Assembly (NCBI GenBank): GCA_000004985.1
Contig: GG738853.1
DNA: 64,000 bases
DNA from: Naegleria gruberi
Taxonomy: Eukaryota
Strand: one strand, 5' to 3'
Shown here: piece after piece, positions 23,541 through 34,395 of the stretch
Numbering within the stretch: position 1 is the stretch's first letter
Layout of the letters: every line of letters starts with the position of its first letter
The notes under the pieces: generated by a model
What the model was told of the DNA's origin: nothing
What the model saw: only the letters and a program-made list of their open reading frames with translations
Databases searched by the model: none
Translations under genes and position numbers: made by a program

Positions 23541-23785
23541 AATTAAGAACCTTAAAAAAGATAGGAAAAGTAGATGTGAAAAACTTTATAAAAATTCAAA
23601 CGTGATGATGAAATTTTTCATGCAATTATTACGAATGAACATGGAATTATTCTTCCTTTGCCCAATGGCACCAGAGAAATAATACACAAAAACCTTCCGA
23701 TAAAGAATTTCTCTTGGTCAATTACAAAAAAAAATACACATCACCCAAGTTTATTTTTTAAGCGGTTTTATACATCATCATCAAA

Positions 23786-26700
23786 ATGACATCCACTCTC
23801 TCTTATAACAAGGAACAATTGCTCAATTACTATAGAGCATCATGCCCTGAGATTCAAGAACCTCCAGAAAATTTAAAACAATTCCCACTTATTTTGTCTA
23901 CAAAATTACTTCAACCTGTAAATGAAACAAATCTTCACCTTTTCGATTCGGATTATGTAAGTTATAATTGTTGTTTGTTTATTAATTTAATATCATTTTG
24001 TTCAACATATTGTTATTTCAAAATAATACAACATTCGTCATGATGAATTTTTCTACAATAATTTCTTATTAATATCAACATATGATGATATGCTATAATG
24101 TATTACTAACAATAACACAAAAACACAAAACAACTTATCAATAATATAATAATACTAATTAACAATAATAGAATATTAATCCAGAATCCACTTTCCCTAC
24201 ACTTTCTACAAGAGGCAGAGGTCGTGGAGGAAGAGGAGGAAGTAGAAGAGGTGGTGGATTATCCTCAAGTGGCAGAGGTTCTTCAATTAGTCCCCTCGTA
24301 ACATCATCATTGGGCGGAAGTCCAAGTGGAACATCAAGCTTGTTTGGATCAAGTCCAACCTCTCTTGGAAGAGCTGGTACTCCAATAGGTTCAGGTCCAA
24401 GGGCTATTGCAAGATCACCACTTTCTCTTGGAGGTTCTAGACTTCCTGCTTGGGCCATGGATGAAGATCTGACACAAACAGACTCTTCACTCACTGGTTT
24501 AAACAATAATAGTAATTCACTTCTTTCAAACAATAGTTTCTTTGGAAATTCAACATCTAATTCATCTTTGGATGATGATACTTTTGGTCCTGGGGCTTTA
24601 CAACCACAATCATCTCATACATATCAACCAATGGTTTCACTTGAAAGTTTAGCTGCTGCTACAATGAAAATGAATGAACATTGGAAGACTCAAATGGGTA
24701 AGAAACCTCTTGATGACTTTGATGATTCTCTTGAGCCACAAGGATTAAATGATAATGACGGTGCTATTGAAGCTATTGATTGGGATTCTCAATGGTACTA
24801 TCTTTCCGAAGATAATGAGCCAAAAGGTCCTTATAATTTGCAAAAATTGAAGGAATGGATGGATTTATTCTATCTCCAATCTGAAACTAGAATCAAACAA
24901 GATATTGAATCTCATGCAACAACTACATTGGGAGAAGTTTTGAACAGTTTAACTCAACAAAACAATTCTCACATGAATCATGGAATGGGTAACAATATTT
25001 TGGCTTCTCAACATTTGCTATCCAACAATGGTATGAAGGGCAATATGCATTCCAATGACTTTTTCATGAATGATAAGCCAAGCATTCCAACTGGAAGTAT
25101 TTTGGGCTCTCCTTTCATGTCTCAATCTCTTGTAAAGTCTCCTATTCAAGGATCTTTGCTTTCCTCGTTGGATAAGCCACAACAACCAACACCAATTACT
25201 CCAACAAGTCAACAATTTTCTCATCCTTGGGGATTTGGACAACAACCAATGGAACAAATGGTTCATCCAGGATATCCATTTGTTAATCCAAACATGCCAA
25301 ATCATTTCATGCCACCATTCCATCAAGGACCAGGTCACTGGGGTAACATGCCAAACTTGGCTATGAATTTGGGTGCCTCCAATAATAGTAATAGCATTCC
25401 AAGCGTTACTGATATTGAAAATGAATTACTCTATGTTCAACCAAGTATTCCACAACATCCTACTCATCAAGAAGTTTTCCAACATTACACTCCTATTCAA
25501 CCTATTAGTAATGTTCAAGAACAAATGGTTGTTGAAGAGCAAGAACCTATTGATGAAGAAGAAGATATTGACACTGAACAAGTAGTCGAAACACCAGTTG
25601 AAGAAGAAACTCAAATTCCACAAAAGGAAGAAACTATTGCTCAAGAAACTCCAAAGGTTGATGACAAGACCTCAAAGAAGGAAAAGAACAAAAAGAAGGG
25701 AGCTGAAGCTAAACCAGCTAACACACCAAGCAAGAAGAAGCAAGAATTGCCACCTGTCAAGGAAGAACCAGTTTTCAAATCTGTTCCACCAACTGAAACT
25801 GTTAGTTTTGCTGATCCAAAGAAGGAAGAAGTTAAAGGATGGGGAGTCCAACCAGCTGTTACTACTGCTCCTGTTCAAACTTTGAAGCAAATTATGGAAC
25901 AACAAAAGAAGGAAGCCCTCAAGCAAAGTAAGGAAACTCAACAAAAGAAGAAGGAAGCTGCTGAACAAGTTATCAAAGTTAATACAGCCAATCCATGGGG
26001 AGTTGCCAATGCTAATGTTGTTGCTCCATCTCTTAAGGAAATTCAAGAAGAAGAAGCAAAGAAGAAGAAACAAAAGGCTCAAAAGCAACAACAATCTCAA
26101 AATCAAGCTTCTGTTGTTAAGAATGCTAGTTCAACTTGGGGAGGAAGTGCTCTTCAATTTAAGGCAATCCCTGAAAAGGACGTTCCATCTACCTCATCTT
26201 CATCTACCCATTTTGGAGCTGTTACTCCAACTAAGACTGTTGAAACCAAGTCATTCCAATTCCAAGCTATTAAGCCTCAAACTATTCCAGCTTCTACCTC
26301 TTCTACTTCTCCAAAGGAAGAAGAGGAAGACCAAGAAGAAGGTGTCTTCTGGGATTACAGCCCAACTCCAGCCAATGCTGCTACTAATCCAGTAATTACT
26401 ACTGCCTCTGAAAAGAAGAATAGCAAGAAGGATAAAAAGAAGAAGGCAACCAATGAAAAGCCAACTACAACCACTAGTCAAACAACCACCAGCGTCAATA
26501 CTCCAAGCAATACTGCTGTTGAAGAAGATTTCCCATCCATTTCTGCAAAGAATAATCCATTTGGCCAAGCAGATGTTTCTCAAGAATTCAAGGACTGGTT
26601 CAAGAAGGGTTTGAAGAAATTGAACAAGTCTGTTGATCCATCATTCATGTACTTCTTGTTGTCCCTCAACTCTGAAAAGGAAACTATTGACTACATGTCA

Positions 26701-26805
26701 GAATATATTGGTAATTCCTCAGCTGCTCAAAAGTTTGCTCAAGAATTCATTGCCAACAAGTCATTCGAAAATCCAAATCAAGGAGCTAATAAGAAGAAGA
26801 AATAA
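23786..26805 (+). CDS. GIGYF-type GYF-domain protein; exons 23786..23956 and 24172..26805, with a 215-nt intron.
   Basis: Exon 1 reads MTSTLSYNKEQLLNYY..., containing a YxxxxL-phi 4E/4EHP-binding motif (YNKEQLL), then a GTAAGT donor. Exon 2 starts with an RGG box (TRGRGRGGRGGSRRGGG). It contains a GYF domain (WYYLSEDNEPKGPYNLQKLKEWMDLFY). The C-terminal block FKDWFKKGLKKLNKSVDPSFMYFLLSLNSEKETIDYMSEYIGNSSAAQKFAQEFI matches the conserved GIGYF C-terminus. Confidence 0.7.
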
Positions 26806-26810
26806 ATTTA

Positions 26811-27680
26811 TTAATCACTGTCGTGCTCAACGATTTGCATTCTTGACATTCTGCTCTTGGCTCTTTTATCTGTGACTGCTTCTTGAGGTTCTTTGGATTT
26901 GGATTTTGGTTTAGAGTTCTTTTCGGAATTGGTTTTGTTTGATGAGATTTCAACTTTTTGTTCGAATTCAATTTCCTTAGTATCTAAATCATATTCCGAA
27001 AGTTTCTTGTACACATCAATTTCCATAACAGGGGCTGTTTTCTTTATAGTTGGTTGTGGACTTTTGACAAAGTCTCCAACCTTTGCCCATTCCTGTTCCA
27101 ATTCCTCAATATTCTTTGGTTTATCACTCCTAGCTTCATTGTTACTGCTATGAATGTTCCAAAAGTCCACATCTGTAGAAAAGAATTGTTTTTCAAATTC
27201 CGAAGGTGGTGGAAGTCCTGAAGAGAAGATATTTTCATCGTCACTATCCTGATCTTCTATTGAGGGAAGAATTCTATTAACTTCCTTATGCATTTGTTTG
27301 TATTTCGACCTGAGATTTTCAGCTTGTTTTCTCTTTGTTTCCTCATAATTATTTGGTGAGGTTGGTTTTGTTTTACCACCGATATAATTCCATTTCCCCC
27401 AGTCTAAGGCAGCGTACCTTGCCCTGCAAATATCGGGTGTAAAAATTTGAGGTTCTATATTCACTAACTCCTTTTCATAAACTGACTTGAGAAATACAAT
27501 AAATTTCTGAAAAGAGCCAGCAACTCTCACAAAATCAAAATCATGAACCTCGACCAATCGCATCAATTGCTCATTCATTTCTACAATACACTCTCTTGTT
27601 TGATTTACATAGGGTTTCTCCGAGTTACTTAGATGATTTGTTTCCTCTTGATGATGAAGACGTTCCTTAGCAAGTACCAT
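26811..27680 (-). CDS. Hypothetical conserved-looking protein (289 aa) with an acidic/basic C-terminal half.
   Basis: A long ORF starting at an ATG. The globular N-terminal ~120 aa includes ARYAALDWGKWNY. Its stop lies 5 bp from the stop of the convergent GIGYF gene. Confidence 0.45.
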   Translation of the reverse strand: MVLAKERLHHQEETNHLSNSEKPYVNQTRECIVEMNEQLMRLVEVHDFDFVRVAGSFQKFIVFLKSVYEKELVNIEPQIFTPDICRARYAALDWGKWNYIGGKTKPTSPNNYEETKRKQAENLRSKYKQMHKEVNRILPSIEDQDSDDENIFSSGLPPPSEFEKQFFSTDVDFWNIHSSNNEARSDKPKNIEELEQEWAKVGDFVKSPQPTIKKTAPVMEIDVYKKLSEYDLDTKEIEFEQKVEISSNKTNSEKNSKPKSKSKEPQEAVTDKRAKSRMSRMQIVEHDSD

Positions 27681-27917
27681 TTTTCTTGTTTTTTCTGATT
27701 TTTATTTCGTACTACAACAAGGGAGCGTGTTGTATGAAGCCTCATTGCAAGGAAAGTTGTAAAAAAAAATGGCGCGATCTTATTTAGTAGCCCACACAAA
27801 AACAATCAAAAGATAATCACGCAACAAGCTGGCTCTCTTAATTGATTAATAAGGAGAAGGTTTACAGTTGTTTTCTTTTTTGGTCAATGTCGTTACAAAC
27901 TGAGGAAAAGATTAATC

Positions 27918-30900
27918 TTACTTCATATCCTTCAGCTCGACATATTTAAATAATGCAGTATTGGGTAGAAGTGTATCTTTCTTCTCACTAATGTCTTGCA
28001 TTTGTCTCTTGATGAGTAGGAGGCAATTAAGAATGGTTTCAAAGGTTGGACGTACTCGATAATCATCTGCCCAACAAGATTTCATTAATTCCAAATATTC
28101 ACTCACCAACAGTCCAATGCTATCTTTCTGAGTGGGATAGGTTTTGAATTCTGGCATGAATTCTTCAAGCCATTCCATCTTTTCCTCCTCACTGAATGGA
28201 ATTAGCGGTCTTTCACCTTGCATGACACGAGCTAGGACTGTGAATGGAGTTTTTGGATCTGCATTCAAGGAATTTCTCTTTTGATTAGAGTGGAATTTGT
28301 GGAGCTTGTAGGACTTTCCGTTCATGTATGGGTTGTCCTCAAAGAACATTTCCCACATTATAATACTGAAACTGAAAACATCCTTTTGAGATTTGTAAAT
28401 ATTATAATTGAGTAATAATGTACTTACAACTGCCGTAGTGATCATATTGTTATCATTATTTCCGTCATCTGATTTCATAACTTCTGGAGCTATATAGAAT
28501 AATGTGCCTACGCATGTTGTGGTTGTGTGGCAAGTATTGGACATGATCTTACTCAATCCAAAATCACACACTTTACAAATTCCTTTAGAATCAATTAAAA
28601 TATTAGCAGGTTTCAAATCTCTGAGAATAGAAAGAGTGAATATCAAGTAATCTAAGCTCACTTACCTGTGAATAATTTTCAAACTATGCAGATATACCAT
28701 TCCACAAGTGATATCGATGAGAGTATTCAATTTTTGAATGAAGGAAATTTGAGTAGGATTTTCTGTTCTTCTCATTTCATTAATTAGCTTTTCTAAACTT
28801 CCCTTCTCCAAATATTCGACAACCAAATATTGTTTGTGGAGACTAATAGAAATACCATAGAATAGTACAATATTAGGATGTCTAAGTTTACATAATAGAG
28901 CCGCTTCCTTTTCAATCTCATCAGAATCCATACTTCCAGACGAAGTAGTGTCAATTCTCAAGCATTTAACTGCGACAGCATTATGGTGCCATTTACCTAA
29001 ATAGACAACTCCTGATCCTCCTTCTCCAATTTTTTTCTCCAAAAATATTTGATCTATACTAATGACAAAACTGTTCTTCTTATCATGGCTGTGCTGATGA
29101 CCTGGTTCATTGAGAGAAATATACTCATTCTCCAATAGTCTCTTCTCAATGTCCTTCTCAGCCTTATCTCGTTGCACCCAATACAGAACCTTCCTTCCTG
29201 CCTTTACACAGACACAAATGACTAGAGACAATATAAGGAGTGATAAAGCAAATACTACAATAGTCACGCACACAGCTACAATGATTATATAATCAGTAGG
29301 TGTATTCTCTTTACAAATGTAGGAAGATGAGTGTGACAGATAGTTAGCTTGGTTAATACTGAATCCATTTGGGCAGGGGATTACGTTGATGGTCAACTCG
29401 GTACTAGTTCTTAAAAAAGTGAGCTTGGCTCTAATTTTAGTCGGTACGAATGTGGAATTTGAAGCAGTAACAAACATGTTGTTGAAATCTGCGCTAGTTG
29501 AGAGTGAAAAGCTCTCAGGGTTAGTTGTAGTGACAAAACTTTCCTTGCATGTAAAAAACTGATTGCCTACAAAGTCGGTAAAGGTTGGAGTAAATGAAAA
29601 CGCTTGACCTGGATATAAAGTCATTTCAGTTTGCTTGGCATCTCTTGATATTGGTCCCCAGTCAACTGATTTAATTGGTGTGGAAATGTCATTACCATGA
29701 CTAGTAGCAGAGTTTCCTGTAATTGTATTGGTTTTAGTGTCGAGCTCCAAGTCATTTAGCGAGAAGAAAATTCCACCACCAGAATAGACAGCCTTATTGT
29801 TGATAACTGTGTTATTGACAAACTTGGCAGCTGGGTCTGGGGTGAAGATTCTCAGTGATATTGCCCCACCAGAAACAGCAGAATTCCTTTCAAATCTATT
29901 AGAAACCAATTCAATTTCAGATCCAGTATTGCTTGAATCAAAGTAAATAGCACCACCATATCCTTTGCATATTTCTCTATTGCAATTCACAATATCTTTT
30001 GATACCACTGAGTTCTCTATGAATGTTGTGGTGACAATTGACATGGTATCATGTGACAGAGCAGCTCCTCCAGAATACAGAGCCCTATTACCAATGAAAA
30101 GGCAATCTTCCAAATGAAGTCCATATCGAGAGTAGATAGCTCCCCCTATTGTTGCATAATTGTCTTTGAATTGACACATTGAAAACAATACTGGTGTGTA
30201 GCTGATATAAATGGCACCACCACCCACATTGCTTGCTCTATTTCTAATAAAGGAGCACCCAGTAAAATATGAAAGAGATCCATATGTATACTCCTCATTG
30301 GTAAATGAAATAGCTCCATATGAACCACTGTTATTGATAAAGGAAACATTGTTCATTAGGACAGAGGAAACTTGATTCAATCTGAGAGAGCTAAAGTCTG
30401 CTACATTATTCTCAAACACAGAGTCTACCACAGCGAGACTTCTAATATTTCTAAGTTGGACATTATTTCCAGCAATACCTGCAATCCCATTAGAAACAAT
30501 CATTTCATAAATTGCGGCCATGGCTGTCTGCTCAATTCTTAATGATGATTTTCCAATGTATCTATCAAAAGTCATTGCAAAAATGACAGCAACTTTACAA
30601 TATGAAACTCTCAGAATTGGAAGATTTTCGCGTGGGGATTCTACCAATTCAATGCTAGCTTTATATGCTGCAAATTCATCCACATCCTGAAATAATAAAT
30701 ATCCTCCAACTCTCAGTACTGACTCATAAAGCCATACTGACGTAATGGACGAGAATACATCATTCTTTTGAATTGGTAAACTCGAATTACTAATAATTAA
30801 GGTTTTAAAATTTTTAAATACCAAATGATTCAACACTTCCACTTGTACATTGTGAAAAAAGGCACTTGTGACAACACCTGTTGGATCCCCTAATATTAAT

Positions 30901-31778
30901 CCGAGATGACCTTTAGAATTTACATTAATCAACGCAACAGACTCATAAATACTATTCAGTGTAGTATTGTTCAATACAGCATCCCTGATCACAACACAAC
31001 CCAAAACAAATGTATTATAAAGAGATATGCCATTAAAAATCATGTAAACTTTCGGATTGGGAGTATAATGCAATAAATATGCATTATTACAATTAACAAT
31101 CTTATTTTCTCCATGAATTTGGTAAATGATCGTGTAATCTAATGAATACATTTTCATAAGAAAGTTCAATTCAACTATTCCAGTACAAGATGCACTCGGC
31201 ACATCAGTTGCCAACAAGATATCAATCACAACAAGTGCAATTGGAATTTTTGTGTTATTGGCCTCATTATAAATATCCAATAATTTTGTTGTTAAATCTG
31301 TAATTATTTGTTTTCCAATTTTTGTAAAAGTATTACATCCAATCACACAATCCATATATTCCGAATCTGGAGTATCGGCAACATAGACATAACTTAATTT
31401 CTGATAGGCACATCTACCCTTCTGTACAAAATAACAATCTGTAATCCTCCTCTCTGTAAAGGTATCCACCTCATATTTGACATAATTTATACCTGCTTTC
31501 ATGTATCGTGGAGTAAGATATAGAGTTTGATGATCTAGTTTTTCGGTGGGTGAAAAAACTGGATTATTATTGTTTGTAGAGGCTACATTAATTATAGTAT
31601 TAGTAGTGTTACTACTAATCGGAGTGATGAAATTATTTACAAATACTAGTATTACTAGAATGATGGTAAAAAGTTTCGAATAATAAATACATGGTTTCGA
31701 ATAATTTATAAAAGGAATGATGATGGTGTGAGGGAATTTATTCCATGCATCAATGTTAATGAGATTTAAATTTCGCAT
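27918..31778 (-). CDS. Receptor-like Ser/Thr (TKL-type) protein kinase with a Pmp-repeat / parallel beta-helix ectodomain. Exons complement(28666..31778) and complement(27918..28620), with a 45-nt intron.
   Basis: It has a signal/anchor (LFTIILVILVFVNNFITPISS). The ectodomain carries repeated GGAIY / FxxNxA...GGAI units (Pmp-type). The TM helix is IIIVAVCVTIVVFALSLLILSLVICVCV. The kinase has GEGGSGVVYLGKW, VAVK, HR|DLKPANILID (split by the GTAAGT...CAG intron 28621..28665), DFGLSK, APE and CWADDYRVRPTF. Confidence 0.8.
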
Positions 31779-32104
31779 TGTTGTGTGATCAATTGCTCTC
31801 CATTGGTCAGTTGATAGATGATTAGGAAGGTTGAGTGATTTTTTTAATAATTAAATTTTAATGGAAGTTCGTGGGATTACAATAATGATTTTCGAAATCC
31901 CGCTTTGGAAGATGACTGATTATTTTCTTGATTTAACAACTTGCTATTTCATCATTTATTTCATGAAATTTTTTCATTGTAACACTCACATTCATCAAGA
32001 AAAATAAACTTGAAACTATTTCGAATGTCTTAATGATGTAACCCCACTTGACCTAAATAGATAATTCAATACTGTGATTTTTCTTTTTACAACCAGAAAA
32101 AAAA

Positions 32105-33691
32105 ATGCTTAGCCAAGAAGACCTCAACTCTGTTAATACTTTGAATGACGACTATGAAAAGCGCAGACTCAGCAAGGATCGGATTAAAAAACAAGCTCGG
32201 AAGGCTCTAATTGATCATCAAAGATTGAAACATTTCAAAACAAAAAATTTCTTGCTGAGAAGAGTGGTTCTTCCTTTTTCTGAAATTGAAATTGAAAGAT
32301 TAGCAATATATATGAATATGGAATTTAATAATTATGAAACAATTTTTGAAAGTGTAAAAATGATTAGATTGTTTTCGGCTGGAACAGATTTGCACTTTTC
32401 ATGGATTGTTAAAGCTGGAATTACAAAGTATCTTGTTGATTTTCTTGATGTGAAATATGTCTCAAGGTATTTCAATATTCAAAGCGATGAGAATTTTCAT
32501 ATTGATGATTCCTCAATAACAAATAGAATAAGCACAGCACAGTTATTGGCACTTCAATATGAATCTGTGAGGTCTCTTACTAATATAGGCCGCAGAACAA
32601 TAGAGTATGTTCAACATATTGTAGACCTAGGATGTGTTCCAAAATTGATTATGCTCGTTAATGCTTGTAATGATTCTGAAATGCAATATCAGTCCATTTT
32701 GGCATTAGATAACATTAATCAAAATAGTCACGAAATAATAGAGTTCAGAGATACATTGCTAAGTCATGGCTATTTGGACATACTTATCAATTTTATTAAT
32801 TCAAACAATAATCAATTGGAGCGAATTCGAAATGGTATGTGTTTAAAATTTATTATATTCATTAATTTTTGCAGTAACATACTCAATTTCTATTTTATTA
32901 TCGAGAAATTACACCACAGCACCTGTACAATATTTTGAAAAGGCAATCCCAATACTTTCCAAAATGCTCCATCAATCTGAGATATCTGATGGTTTTCTTT
33001 GGGATTTTTCCTTACTAACAGATGTAGAACCTGCAATTAATCAATTGGTTATTACATCCGATACCATTTCAAAATTGGTGGCACTCCTCTCCGACAGCTC
33101 TATACATAACCAAATGTAAGTATCACATAGATTCTTTCTACTCATCAATAGTAATACAGACCTGCTTCTCGTACTATTTCAAATATTTGTACAGATAATA
33201 CTATTCAAACAGAAATTGCCTTAAATAGTGGATTATTGGAAAAGGTATCCATTTTCCTTACGAGTGAAAACAATTTACTCATAAGAGAAGCATTCTATAT
33301 ACTTTCAAGTATACCTGCAGAACAAATCGAGGGGGTGGTAGTGAATTCTAAAATAACGCCTCTTTTTTTGGAAACGTCAAAATTTAATGATAATCTCTTT
33401 GTCAAACCTGGGCTGTTTTCTTTCATAGAGACTCTGTGCTGCCGTGGCAACCATAAAATTATTAATCATCTAATCAATCTCAATGTAATTGAAATATTAC
33501 ACTCTGGATTGTGTGATGAATTTCTTAGAGTATGTTTAGAAACCCTTTCCAATATTTTACAAGTTGAAGAGTGCAAAGAAAGGGCCATTCAAGAGATGAA
33601 ACATTTGAACACTTTTGAAAAGATCAAATCAGAGATTCAAAATGCAGACCTTACAAAATCCATTGGTGCTACATTGGCTTCCTTACTTTAA
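32105..33691 (+). CDS. Divergent importin-alpha-like armadillo-repeat protein; exons 32105..32834, 32875..33115 and 33160..33691.
   Basis: ARM signatures line up with importin alpha: SVRSLTNIGRRTIEYVQHIVDLGCVPKLIML ~ ALTNIASGT...GAVP.FI.LL; IPILSKMLHQSEISDGFLWDFSLLTD ~ [54 protein letters not shown] ~ [55 protein letters not shown]. The introns are 40 nt (GTATGT..GCAG) and 44 nt (GTAAGT..TACAG). Exon lengths sum to 1503 nt. The basic N-terminus is IBB-like. Confidence 0.6.
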
Positions 33692-33795
33692 ACGTTGTTC
33701 ACTTTTATTAATAACTGGTTTTGTTTATTTACCAATATTCTTGGAATAAGGTAATGAATGGTTGAATGAATCTAACTGAAATAAACATTCTAATA

Positions 33796-33850
33796 ATCTG
33801 AAACTTTCAAGGTTGACTCTATTGGTAAGCCTTAATTTAAGAAAGTGAAT
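33796..33850 (+). promoter_or_regulatory. Conserved ~55-bp upstream block of 5S copy 2, with a CCTTAATTTA box at 33830..33839.
   Basis: aaactttcaaggttgactct attggtaagccttaatttaagaaagtgaat matches the upstream region of copy 1 closely. Similarity stops beyond -55. Confidence 0.55.
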
Positions 33851-33968
33851 GGCTACGGCCATATCACGATGAATGCACCTCATCCCGTCCGATTTGAGAA
33901 GTTAAGCATCGTCGAGCCACATCAGTACTGAGGTTGGAGACAACTTGGGAACCTGTGGTGCTGTAGTC
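33851..33968 (+). rRNA. 5S ribosomal RNA gene, copy 2 (plus strand).
   Basis: A 118-nt 5S sequence ending ...GGAACCTGTGGTGCTGTAGTC, followed by a T7 terminator at 33969..33975. It is the inverse complement of the 11393..11510 copy apart from one U/C difference in helix I. Confidence 0.9.
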
Positions 33969-34395
33969 TTTTTTTGGTGAAAAATATCAATTCCTTCTTG
34001 AAAATCTGACCTCTCTGAGGGGAACGGCACTTGTTCACACTAAATTTAAAATATTAAAATTTTTACAATTTTTTTTTGGTCAACCAAGATAATTTACTTC
34101 TTAACTCTAAATATTTTTTGTTACAAACTCCTTCTCCACTCAATACCCTTCCTTAAAATGTAAATAAAATATTTTCAAATTTTTTTTTTTTTTTTTAAAA
34201 TGAAATATTTTCTAGCTCTCTAATTTTAATCGTTGCCTTCCCTATCGATCACTACTTCACTATTTAATAAGGTTATAGCACCTACCTACCAAACAAACTA
34301 TGGAGATTCCGAAAATCAAGTCATTTTTGAAAAATTCATTGAATTTACAGATTTATTTTTACAGAGCTCGACAGTTGACTATACAAAGTGCCAAT

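Noticed and set aside
24159-24533. Antisense 124-aa ORF (Pro-rich PPLPPRPLPL) opposite the GIGYF RGG-box region.
   Set aside because: It is the reverse complement of a Gly/Arg-rich coding stretch, a typical mirror artefact. It has no independent start context.
25018-26583. Several overlapping ORFs on both strands inside GIGYF exon 2 (25018..25338, 25426..25644, 25672..26106, 26003..26395, 26251..26583).
   Set aside because: They have low-complexity K/L/F-rich translations of the A/G-rich sense sequence and its complement. The GIGYF frame alone has domain homology.
28385-28429. A second 45-nt GTAAGT...AAAG candidate intron inside the kinase domain of the receptor kinase gene (minus strand).
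   Set aside because: Reading through keeps the frame and yields YKSQKDVFSFSIIMWE, a good subdomain IX (Y..K.DV.SFG.).WE). Splicing it out would delete the conserved KS.KDV residues. It is treated as coding.
11393-33968. Possibility that the inverted 5S copies are terminal repeats of a 22-kb composite mobile element.
   Set aside because: The interval contains ordinary single-copy housekeeping genes (calcineurin B, RPN2, GIGYF, a receptor kinase). There are no transposase or integrase genes and no target-site duplications.
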